NCBI GenBank assembly: GCA_913045065.1
Contig: CAJWPX010000001.1
Location: forward strand, 1 to 39,649
DNA: 39,649 nt
DNA from: an uncultured Fidelibacterota bacterium
GTDB taxonomy: Bacteria; Fidelibacterota; Marinisomatia; Marinisomatales; Marinisomataceae
Direction of reading: 5' to 3'
Shown: positions 8,923-17,122 of the stretch, one piece after another
Layout of the letters: each line of letters starts with the position of its first letter
Position numbering within the stretch: the first letter of the stretch is position 1
Notes under the pieces: generated by a model
What the model saw: only the letters and a program-made list of their open reading frames with translations
What the model was told of the DNA's origin: nothing
Database searches by the model: none
Made by a program: the position numbers and the translations under genes

Positions 8923-9767
8923 GATTTCTTGAAGACATTATCGTAAAGTTTGGATCAGTTGATAGAAGGGTAATCTTTGTATTAATTGGATTAGCAGTAC
9001 TTGTCCCATTGTTGAACCCTATTGATCTTGCAATACGACCAACACCATCCTCTCAAAGAGTTTATGATGCTGTTGATAGTATACCTGATAATTCTAATGT
9101 TTTAATCTCATTTGATTATGGGCCTAGCACTAGACCAGAAATTCATCCAATGACACTAGGTATTATGCGCCATATTCTTAGTCAAGATCGTGGACATAAG
9201 ATTTATATAACTTGCTTGTGGCCTGATGGATTATATATGGCAAAAGATGCCTTAAAAATCATTAATGAAGAATATGATCTAGTTGAACATGAAGACTATG
9301 TTTTGCTAGGGTTTAGGCCTGGAAATGAAGCAATTGTAAAAGGTTTAGCAAGCGATTTACGTAAAGTGTTTACCGTTGATGCAGCACAAACGCCAATAAG
9401 TGAGATTCCAATGATGGAAGGAATAAATAATCTAAACGATTTCCAATTTATGTTTACAGGTTCTGCGGGATATCCTGGTACCTTTGAATGGGTACAATAT
9501 GGAGCAGATCCAACAGGCGTTCCTCTTTCATCTGGTACAACTTCTATTCAAGTAAATGAAGTGATGCCTTACGTACAAAGTGGCCAACTAAAAGGAATTC
9601 TTGCAGGTATGCCTGGTGCAGCAGAATATGAAAAATTAATTGATACTCCTGGTATTGCTATTCAAGGAATGGCAGCACAATCGTATGGACATGTTGTTAT
9701 TGTCCTATTTATCATTTTGGGAAATTTAGCTTACTTTATTACCGAACGAAGAGAGAGGAAATACTAA
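8919..9767 (+). CDS. hypothetical bitopic membrane protein (N-terminal TM, ~220-aa soluble domain, C-terminal TM)
   Basis: N-terminal VIFVLIGLAVLVPLL and C-terminal HVVIVLFIILGNLAYFI flank a soluble domain. The architecture parallels the 7125..7988 product. Its start overlaps the upstream stop (ATGA). Confidence 0.6.
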   Translation: MRFLEDIIVKFGSVDRRVIFVLIGLAVLVPLLNPIDLAIRPTPSSQRVYDAVDSIPDNSNVLISFDYGPSTRPEIHPMTLGIMRHILSQDRGHKIYITCLWPDGLYMAKDALKIINEEYDLVEHEDYVLLGFRPGNEAIVKGLASDLRKVFTVDAAQTPISEIPMMEGINNLNDFQFMFTGSAGYPGTFEWVQYGADPTGVPLSSGTTSIQVNEVMPYVQSGQLKGILAGMPGAAEYEKLIDTPGIAIQGMAAQSYGHVVIVLFIILGNLAYFITERRERKY

Positions 9768-9768
9768 G

Positions 9769-10542
9769 GTGTCATTTTCAACAATACTCGGTGCTTGGAT
9801 TGCTGCATTTCTTACGTTAGGAATTTTCTCATATCTCTATAAAGATAATCCATTTTATAAGATAGCCGAACATGTATTTGTTGGTGTATCTGCTGCTTAT
9901 TGGGCTGCCACATTTTATTGGACTCAAATTTATCCTAATTTATTTGGTAGGTTATTTGCTGTAGATAGTCCATTTGCAAGCATGTATGTTATTGATAAAG
10001 GCCATGAATACAATGGGTTATATTTCTTTCCGTTGCTTTTAGGCATTATGATGTTATTAAGTGTATTCAAACAGATTAATTGGATGGCAAGATGGGGTAT
10101 TGCTTATACGGTTGGAATTGCTGCTGGATTGAAAGCTTTTGGATATTTAAGCTCCAATGTTATTAGCCAAATTAAATCTACTGCAGTAGAATTGTTTAGT
10201 GGAGAATTATCATTCTTTGCAATGTCAGGCGATAGTATTTTCAATAATATTGTTATTTTTATTGGCACAATAAGTGCTCTAATGTACTTTTATTTCTCAA
10301 GAGAACAGTCTGGAGCATATGGACGTTTTACGCGTTTAGGAGTTTACTTTCTAATGATTAGTTTTGGTGCATCATTTGGGTTTGCTGTTATGGGCCGAAT
10401 TTCTTTGTTAATTGGGCGTTTTAATGACTTAATCTTATTTTCTAATCCATCGTACAATTATGGTACGTTTTGGATGTTAGGATTGATTATAGTAGTGCTT
10501 GGTTATTGGTCATTCCAAAATCCTGAAAGAACAGAGGGATAA
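9769..10542 (+). CDS. hypothetical polytopic membrane protein (~7 TM)
   Basis: The GTG start lies 1 nt after the upstream stop. Hydrophobic segments include ILGAWIAAFLTLGIFSYLY, VFVGVSAAYWAATFYW, FFPLLLGIMMLLSVF, IVIFIGTISALMYFYF and FWMLGLIIVVLGYWSF. Confidence 0.6.
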   Translation: MSFSTILGAWIAAFLTLGIFSYLYKDNPFYKIAEHVFVGVSAAYWAATFYWTQIYPNLFGRLFAVDSPFASMYVIDKGHEYNGLYFFPLLLGIMMLLSVFKQINWMARWGIAYTVGIAAGLKAFGYLSSNVISQIKSTAVELFSGELSFFAMSGDSIFNNIVIFIGTISALMYFYFSREQSGAYGRFTRLGVYFLMISFGASFGFAVMGRISLLIGRFNDLILFSNPSYNYGTFWMLGLIIVVLGYWSFQNPERTEG

Positions 10543-10546
10543 TTGA

Positions 10547-11893
10547 ATGCAGTCATCTGATATTAGAAAAGTTATTGGTAACAGTATCTTAGCAGATGGG
10601 ATGTCCCCAATCATTGATTTAGAAAAATCTCATGGTTCTTGGCTAGTAGATAAAGTGACTGGGAAAGAATATCTTGATTTATTTTCAATGTTCGCTTCAT
10701 TATCTGTTGGATACAACCATCCTTATGTATTGGAGCAATCAGAGCGCTTAAAAATTGCTGCTATTAATAAGCCTACCAACTCGGATGTCTATTCTTTAGA
10801 ACTGGCAGAATTTATGGAAACATTTAAACGTGTTGCCCAACCTAGCTATTTACCTCATGCTTTTTTTATTGAAGGAGGAACATTGGCTGTGGAGAATGCG
10901 CTCAAGGTTGCTTTTGATTGGAAGCGTAGAAAAAATTTAGCTAAAGGAAGTAATGTAAAAGGGGAGAAAGTAATCCATTTTAAAGAATGTTTTCATGGTC
11001 GTTCAGGATATACAATGTCATTAACCGATTCTCCCGATAAAAGGAAAACCATGTATTTTCCTAAATTTGATTGGCCAAGAGTTACTAATCCAAAAATTAC
11101 GTTTCCTTTAGAGAAAAATTTAGATCAAGTGGTTGCATTAGAGAACCAGGCTTTCACAGAAATAAAAGATGCTATTTTTGCCAATCCAGACAATATTGCT
11201 TCTATGATTATTGAGCCGATTCAAGGAGAGGGAGGCGATAATCATTTTCGATGTGAGTTTTTCCAAAAATTGAGAGAAATTGCCAATGAAAATGATATCA
11301 TGCTTATTTATGATGAAGTGCAAACAGGGATTGGCGTTACAGGAAGAATGTGGGCACACCAACATTTCGCAGCACACGAATGTAGCGATTGTTGTTGTGG
11401 GGAAGATTCATCTGCTAAACCTGATATTATTGCATTTGGGAAGAAAACTCAGGTATGCGGTATTGCAGTTAGCAATCGCGTGGAAGAAGTAGAGAACCAT
11501 GTATTTGAAGAATCCAGTCGAATAAATTCCACATGGGGTGGCAATTTGGTTGATATGGTGCGGCTGACCATCTATCTAGAATTAATAGAAAAAGAGAACC
11601 TAGTAGAAAAAGCTGAAAAAACTGGAGATTATTTGTTGAATTGTTTATACACACTTCAAAAACAATACCCAAATCTTGTTTCTAATGCGCGAGGAAGAGG
11701 ATTGTATTGTGCATTTGATCTTCCTTCTGGAGATAAAAGAGATAAATTGGGAGCATTGCTTTTAGAAGAAGGGTCAATTCTATTAGGATCGGGACATCAA
11801 TCTATACGTTTTCGTCCTCATTTAAATGTAACAACTGAAGATATTGATTTTGGGATAGATTGTTTTAAAAAAGCTCTAGATAAGTTAGGGTAA
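10547..11893 (+). CDS. lat: L-lysine 6-transaminase (class III PLP aminotransferase)
   Basis: The N-terminus GMSPIIDLEKSHGSWLVD...FASLSVGYNHP, plus IEPIQGEGGD, YDEVQTGIGVTG, IIAFGKKTQVCG (PLP lysine) and INSTWGGN, match my recollection of characterised LATs. It contains an extra Cys-rich segment at nt 11369-11416. Confidence 0.8.
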   Translation: MQSSDIRKVIGNSILADGMSPIIDLEKSHGSWLVDKVTGKEYLDLFSMFASLSVGYNHPYVLEQSERLKIAAINKPTNSDVYSLELAEFMETFKRVAQPSYLPHAFFIEGGTLAVENALKVAFDWKRRKNLAKGSNVKGEKVIHFKECFHGRSGYTMSLTDSPDKRKTMYFPKFDWPRVTNPKITFPLEKNLDQVVALENQAFTEIKDAIFANPDNIASMIIEPIQGEGGDNHFRCEFFQKLREIANENDIMLIYDEVQTGIGVTGRMWAHQHFAAHECSDCCCGEDSSAKPDIIAFGKKTQVCGIAVSNRVEEVENHVFEESSRINSTWGGNLVDMVRLTIYLELIEKENLVEKAEKTGDYLLNCLYTLQKQYPNLVSNARGRGLYCAFDLPSGDKRDKLGALLLEEGSILLGSGHQSIRFRPHLNVTTEDIDFGIDCFKKALDKLG

Positions 11894-12585
11894 TGTCTAA
11901 TAAAGGTAGATTATATATTATCGCCACTCCGATTGGCAATTTAAAAGATTTCACATTTCGAGCTGTCGATATTTTGCAAGAGGTTGATCATATTTTTGCC
12001 GAAGACACGCGTACATCTATTACATTAATGAAACATTATAATATCACAACCAATTTAGATAGTTATCACGAACATAATAAAACTCAAAAGATTCCTAAAA
12101 TTATCAAATTATTAAACGAGGGAAAAAACATTGGATTAATTTCTGATGCTGGGACTCCAACCATTAGTGATCCAGGGTACAAATTAATCAGAGCATGTAT
12201 TGACGAAGAAATTAATATTATTCCTATCCCAGGAGCTTCCGCTGTAACAGCAGCCCTGAGCGCATCAGGACTTCCATCTGATTCGTTCTTTTTTTTGGGG
12301 TTTCTTCCGCAAAAAAAAGGAAGAAAAAAGAAAATTTCTTTTTTAAAGAGTTTAGAAAATACTATAATTATATTTGAGAGTCCTCATCGATTATTAAAGA
12401 CGTTGAGAGAATTACATGATGAATTAGGTGAAAGACCGATTATTGTTGCAAGAGAGTTGACAAAATTATACGAGGAAATTATACGAGGAAATTTTAACAG
12501 TGTAATTGAATTTTTTGAATCAAAGAAAGTAAAAGGTGAAATAGTAATTATTATTGGAAAAGATGATGACAGAATCTACTTCTAG
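11893..12585 (+). CDS. rsmI: 16S rRNA (cytidine1402-2'-O)-methyltransferase
   Basis: LYIIATPIGNLKDFTFRAVDILQEVDHIFAEDTR and SDAGTPTISDPG are typical of RsmI (tetrapyrrole methylase fold). Its start overlaps the lat stop (TAATG). Confidence 0.85.
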   Translation: MSNKGRLYIIATPIGNLKDFTFRAVDILQEVDHIFAEDTRTSITLMKHYNITTNLDSYHEHNKTQKIPKIIKLLNEGKNIGLISDAGTPTISDPGYKLIRACIDEEINIIPIPGASAVTAALSASGLPSDSFFFLGFLPQKKGRKKKISFLKSLENTIIIFESPHRLLKTLRELHDELGERPIIVARELTKLYEEIIRGNFNSVIEFFESKKVKGEIVIIIGKDDDRIYF

Positions 12586-13195
12586 AGGAAAATTTATTAC
12601 ATTTGAAGGCATTGATGGCTGTGGAAAAACTACGCAAGCAGCAATGCTGTTAGAATTGCTGGAAAAACAAGAATTATCAATTAGTTTTGTAAGAGAACCT
12701 GGTGGCGATCCCATCTCAGAATCGATTCGCAAACTACTATTGCATTCAGAAGAAATAATGTCTGATCGTGCAGAAGCATTATTAATGATTGCAAGTAGAG
12801 CACAATTAACCGATAAAGTTATTCTTCCTTATTTGATGGATGGAAGGTGGGTGGTTGCAGATCGTTACGCCGATTCTACGCTTGCATATCAAGGTGGAGG
12901 CAGAGGATTAAGTAGTACTGCTCTTGAAGAAATTAATTATTTCGGAACATATACCCTTAAACCTGATTTAACTTTCTTTATTGATATTTCTGTTGAAGAA
13001 GCAAACAAAAGAGTGTCTGTTTCTAGAGATAGGATTGAAAAAGAAGGAGTAGAATTTCAGCAAAGAGTGCGTGATTTTTATACAAGCCTACACACAAAAG
13101 AACCAGAACGTGTGATACTAATTAATGGAGAGAATTCAGTTGATGCAATTCATAGCGAAATTTGGTCCATTGTAAATGAAAAATTAATGCCATGA
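12563..13195 (+). CDS. tmk: dTMP (thymidylate) kinase
   Basis: P-loop FEGIDGCGKTTQ, the VADRYADSTLAYQG motif and a lid region are present. I chose the ATG at 12563; the track uses the TTG at 12554. The gene overlaps the 3' end of rsmI. Confidence 0.9.
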   Translation: MMTESTSRGKFITFEGIDGCGKTTQAAMLLELLEKQELSISFVREPGGDPISESIRKLLLHSEEIMSDRAEALLMIASRAQLTDKVILPYLMDGRWVVADRYADSTLAYQGGGRGLSSTALEEINYFGTYTLKPDLTFFIDISVEEANKRVSVSRDRIEKEGVEFQQRVRDFYTSLHTKEPERVILINGENSVDAIHSEIWSIVNEKLMP

Positions 13196-14868
13196 AGCAG
13201 TTAAAAAAATTATCTTTTATAGCCTTAATAATTACAGTTTGTTTCGTTGGATTATTACGAAGCCAACAGCTTGATATTTATCGTGAAATTGCACGATCTC
13301 AACAGCAAATTATGACGGTTTATAAGTATCTTGTTACTGAGTATATCCATGAATTAGATATCCCACAATTAACATCAAAGATTATCAATTCGATGTTAGA
13401 AAATTTTGACCCATATACAGAATATTATGAAGAGAAAGATTTGGAAGATTTAAATATCAAAACTACAGGGGAATTCAGTGGAGTAGGGTTGCAGATTTAT
13501 ATATATGAAGATAAACTAACAGTGGTGGGACCAATCGAAGGTTCTCCTGCATTTCGTGCTGGTATTTTTACTGGGGATCAAATTACCCATATTGATGGGG
13601 TTGCTACTGATGGAATGGAGCTAAAAGATTCGACCAACAAGATTCGAGGGAAAAAAGGTACAGATGTAGTATTAACTATTAGAAAACCGATTACAGAAGA
13701 AGTGCATGATTATACCATTAATCGTGACATTATTGTTGTCAAAGATATTCCATATTATGGGATGATTGATCCAGCGGTTGGATACCTCAGAATAACAAAT
13801 TTTTCAGAAAATACTCCAAGAGAAGTAAATAATGCTTTTCTGTCCTTAATGAACCAAGGAACAGAAAATATTATTATTGACTTAAGAGATAATCCTGGAG
13901 GATTGCTTTCCTCATCATTGGATGTATTAGATTTGATGTTGCCAAAAGATTTAGAAATGGTTTCAACAAAGGGACGTGGTGGAAAAATATTAAAAAAATT
14001 CAGATCATTAAATAGAGCATTGCTACCTCAGGATATTGATATTACAGTCTTAATTAATGAAGGAAGTGCATCTGCAAGCGAGATTGTTGCTGGTGTGTTG
14101 CAAGATCATGATAGAGCGGTGATTGTTGGATCACCATCATTTGGAAAAGGATTGGTCCAATCTGTGATTGCAATCAACAATAGCTCTGCATTAAAAATCA
14201 CCAATTCAAAATATTATATTCCAAGTGGACGCACCCTACAGAAAAGAGAATACATTGATAAAGAATTGCTTACAGACAAAGCAGCGATTGAAGATTCATT
14301 ATTTACTACAAAAGCAGGACGAAAAGTATTTGGAGGTGGAGGTATTGCTCCTGACGTTCTAGTGGAGAACAAAGAAGCATACCCATTAGCTGTCTCGATT
14401 TTAAGGAATGGAGGATTTTTCCTTTTTGTACAACAAACAAGCGATCAATATGATTCATTGGATGCAGTAGCCAATGACCTTACTCTAATGAACAAATTTG
14501 CTGATTTTATTCAAGAAAACGATATTGCAGGATATGTGGATGGTAAAGGCGATTTAGACAAAGCAAAAGAAAAACTAATTAAGGAAGATGAACCAAAAAA
14601 TATATTCTTAAACAATGCGTTTAATGTCATTGAAAACCAAATTAAGAAATCACAGACTGCAATGCTTGATGATGAAAAAGATTTTATTAGAAAAATGTTA
14701 TTAGGAGAATTTGCTTTCTATTATGATGGAGACAAAGGGAGATATGAATTCTTGCTTCAAGGGGATAAAACAGTGCAAAAATCACTAGAAATCCTTCTTG
14801 ATAATGCCTTGTATTCTTCTATACTAACTGCCCCTGAAGAACAACAAATTGCGTCAACGGAAAATTAG
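13192..14868 (+). CDS. S41-family carboxyl-terminal processing peptidase with a PDZ domain
   Basis: There is an N-terminal signal or TM segment. The PDZ region is GVGLQI...GSPAFRAGIFTGDQITHIDG. The catalytic Ser context is NEGSASASEIVAGVLQD and the Lys context is FGKGLVQ. Confidence 0.85.
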   Translation: MKQLKKLSFIALIITVCFVGLLRSQQLDIYREIARSQQQIMTVYKYLVTEYIHELDIPQLTSKIINSMLENFDPYTEYYEEKDLEDLNIKTTGEFSGVGLQIYIYEDKLTVVGPIEGSPAFRAGIFTGDQITHIDGVATDGMELKDSTNKIRGKKGTDVVLTIRKPITEEVHDYTINRDIIVVKDIPYYGMIDPAVGYLRITNFSENTPREVNNAFLSLMNQGTENIIIDLRDNPGGLLSSSLDVLDLMLPKDLEMVSTKGRGGKILKKFRSLNRALLPQDIDITVLINEGSASASEIVAGVLQDHDRAVIVGSPSFGKGLVQSVIAINNSSALKITNSKYYIPSGRTLQKREYIDKELLTDKAAIEDSLFTTKAGRKVFGGGGIAPDVLVENKEAYPLAVSILRNGGFFLFVQQTSDQYDSLDAVANDLTLMNKFADFIQENDIAGYVDGKGDLDKAKEKLIKEDEPKNIFLNNAFNVIENQIKKSQTAMLDDEKDFIRKMLLGEFAFYYDGDKGRYEFLLQGDKTVQKSLEILLDNALYSSILTAPEEQQIASTEN

Positions 14869-14874
14869 TGATTT

Positions 14875-16602
14875 ATGGCATCTGAATCACATGCCGGTTT
14901 TTCCATAAGTTCTTTTTTTAAAGACAATAATATTTCAACTGTATTTACGCTCTGCGGAGGACACATCTCACCCATTCTAGTTGGGTGCGAATCTGAAGGA
15001 ATTAATATTATTCAAGTAAGAGATGAAGCTTCTGCAGTGTTTGCTGCAGATGCTACTTCAAGAATAACGGACACCATTGGTGTTGCAATTGTGACTGCGG
15101 GTCCGGGAGTGACCAATACAATGACAGCAATTAAAAATGCACAATTAGCTCAATCTCCTTTGTTATTGATTGGTGGAGCAGCTGCAACCTTATTAAAAGG
15201 AAAAGGTTCGTTGCAAGATATTGATCAATTATCATTAATGAAACCACATGTTAAATCCGCAACTTCTGTAAAAAGATGTAGGGATATTATTCCGGTACTC
15301 CATAATGCTATTAATCGTGCTGTTTCTGATGTGCCTGGCCCTGTATTTGTTGAACTTCCTATTGATTTGCTCTATCCAGAAGAAATGATTCGAGAACAGC
15401 ATTTGTCACAAGTTTCTTCAAATTCATTGGTTAATAAAGTGTTTAAATGGTATGTAGAACAACATTTAAAGAATGTATTTTCTAAAAGAAAATCAATCAT
15501 CATCCCTCGGAAAAAAAGCATTAAGAATGCAAACCAATCTGCAATTGATAAAGCGGCGATTACAATTCATGAATCAGTAAGACCAGTTGTATTGCTTGGA
15601 AATCAAATTATCCATAATAAAGAGTTTTTGGATCGGTTTATTCAAAGTTTAAAAAAACTATCTATTCCAACCTATACATCAGGAATGGCTCGAGGATGTC
15701 TTGGTAAAGAAGATTCATTTTTCTTGCGTCATAATCGTAAACATGCCTTAAAAAATGCAGATGTTGTGATTACCGCAGGCGTTCCACTAGATTTTCGTTT
15801 AGGGTATGGATCTTCCATCAATTCTGATGCAAAGATTATTGCCTTAAACAAAAGCAGAAAAGATCTTGTAAAAAATCGAAGACCATACCTACAGCTTAAA
15901 GGAGATCCATCAAGAAGTATTTATGAGATTGCTAAGATTATCAATACCCCAGATTGTAAAGTGTGGTTAGAAGAATTACAACAAATGGAACAGGAAAGAG
16001 ATAATGAAATTTTAGCACAAGCAGAAATGGACACAGAATTTGTTAATCCGATTAAAGCCTGTACTACCATCAATGATGTATTGGATGAAAATAGTATTAT
16101 TATTGCCGATGGAGGTGATTTTGTAGGAACAGCTTCTTATGTTTTACGTCCTCGAGCTCCATTAAGTTGGTTGGATCCAGGGGCTTTTGGAACACTAGGG
16201 GTTGGCGGTGGATTTGCCTTAGGAGCAAAAAGTGCGTTTCCAGACAAAGAAGTATGGATTATTTATGGGGATGGAGCCTGCGCATTTAGCTTAGCAGAAT
16301 TTGATACCTTTGTTCGTCATAAATTGCCCGTGATTGCTATAGTAGGGAATGACGGTTCTTGGCAACAAATTGCTCGAGAACAAGTCGCAATGCTCGGTAG
16401 CGACATCGGAACCACCCTAAACGATACCAATTATCATCAGGTAGCAGAGGGGTACGGAGGAAAAGGATTTTTGGTAACCGAAATTTCCCAGTTACGTGAT
16501 GTTTTATTACAAGCCAAGTCTGATGCAAAAACGGGAACTCCCGTCCTCATTAATATGCGTATCGGGAAGACGGACTTTAGAAAAGGATCGATTTCGATCT
16601 AA
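14875..16602 (+). CDS. thiamine diphosphate-dependent enzyme, acetolactate-synthase-like (ILVBL/2-hydroxyacyl-CoA lyase-like)
   Basis: The N-terminal Pyr domain reads FTLCGGHISPILVGCE...AVFAADATSRITDTIGVAIVTAGPGVTNTMTAIKNAQLAQSPLLLIGGAA. The TPP motif is GDGACAFSLAEFDTFVRHKLPVIAIVGNDGSW. Confidence 0.8.
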   Translation: MASESHAGFSISSFFKDNNISTVFTLCGGHISPILVGCESEGINIIQVRDEASAVFAADATSRITDTIGVAIVTAGPGVTNTMTAIKNAQLAQSPLLLIGGAAATLLKGKGSLQDIDQLSLMKPHVKSATSVKRCRDIIPVLHNAINRAVSDVPGPVFVELPIDLLYPEEMIREQHLSQVSSNSLVNKVFKWYVEQHLKNVFSKRKSIIIPRKKSIKNANQSAIDKAAITIHESVRPVVLLGNQIIHNKEFLDRFIQSLKKLSIPTYTSGMARGCLGKEDSFFLRHNRKHALKNADVVITAGVPLDFRLGYGSSINSDAKIIALNKSRKDLVKNRRPYLQLKGDPSRSIYEIAKIINTPDCKVWLEELQQMEQERDNEILAQAEMDTEFVNPIKACTTINDVLDENSIIIADGGDFVGTASYVLRPRAPLSWLDPGAFGTLGVGGGFALGAKSAFPDKEVWIIYGDGACAFSLAEFDTFVRHKLPVIAIVGNDGSWQQIAREQVAMLGSDIGTTLNDTNYHQVAEGYGGKGFLVTEISQLRDVLLQAKSDAKTGTPVLINMRIGKTDFRKGSISI

Positions 16603-16967
16603 TGAATATAGTTAAGCTTCTTACCATTGGATTAATGTCTTTTTTTTATATCACTACGGGTATTAGACATTTTACTGAACCAGATTGGTTTCTACAAATT
16701 TATCCACCATTTCTACCATTTGGACTTGCAGCAGTATACATTAGTGGATTTTTTGAAGTATTGCTTGGTATTTTGCTTTTAATGCCCAAAACAAGGTATT
16801 ATGCAGCTTGGGGACTTATCGTACTGTTAATTGCTGTATTTCCAGCAAATATTTATCTAGCATATACCAATGGAGCTGCAATGGATATTTCTCCCGAAGT
16901 CGCATGGGGAAGATTACCATTTCAAGCATTATTTATTGGGTTAGCATATTGGCATTCTCATGATTGA
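16602..16967 (+). CDS. small DoxX-like 4-TM membrane protein
   Basis: 121 aa with four hydrophobic segments. The pattern (GIRHF...P, GFFEVLLGILLL, VFPANIY) recalls DoxX-like family proteins. Its start overlaps the upstream stop (TAATG). Confidence 0.5.
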   Translation: MNIVKLLTIGLMSFFYITTGIRHFTEPDWFLQIYPPFLPFGLAAVYISGFFEVLLGILLLMPKTRYYAAWGLIVLLIAVFPANIYLAYTNGAAMDISPEVAWGRLPFQALFIGLAYWHSHD

Positions 16968-17045
16968 AAAAATATTTAGCTTATTGCCGGAAAAAATTCA
17001 AAATAGAATCATGCATTTCTTTGCACGTTTAATTATATTTGTAAA

Positions 17046-17119
17046 GGGCGATTAGCTCAGCTGGTTAGAGTACCTGGTCGACATCCAGGGGGTCACTGGT
17101 TCAAATCCAGTATCGCCCA
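17046..17119 (+). tRNA. tRNA-Val (anticodon GAC), no encoded CCA
   Basis: Manual cloverleaf: acceptor GGGCGAT/ATCGCCC, D arm GCTC-AGCTGGTTA-GAGT, anticodon arm CCTGG-TCGACAT-CCAGG, variable GGGTC, T arm ACTGG-TTCAAAT-CCAGT, discriminator A. The backbone resembles bacterial tRNA-Val. Position 33 is C rather than U. Confidence 0.85.
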
Positions 17120-17122
17120 CAA

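Noticed and set aside
5742-10542. The idea that the block is a divergent Rnf/Nqr-type redox-driven ion pump, with a hybrid-barrel cap subunit plus alternating polytopic and bitopic subunits
   Set aside because: There are no Fe-S Cys motifs, no NADH/FAD/2Fe-2S subunit and no ApbE-type flavinylation motif (D-x-x-S/T-G-A-T/S) in the bitopic subunits. I recognised no NqrB/D/E-like sequence. I kept it only as an architectural analogy.
17020-17041. TATATTTG (17034-17041), which matches the Bacteroidetes-type -7 promoter motif TAnnTTTG just upstream of tRNA-Val, with TTTG at 17020-17023
   Set aside because: The spacing between the two elements is only 10 nt, whereas roughly 19-21 nt is expected. 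The genome also uses SD sequences, unlike typical Bacteroidetes. I could not settle on a convincing promoter here.
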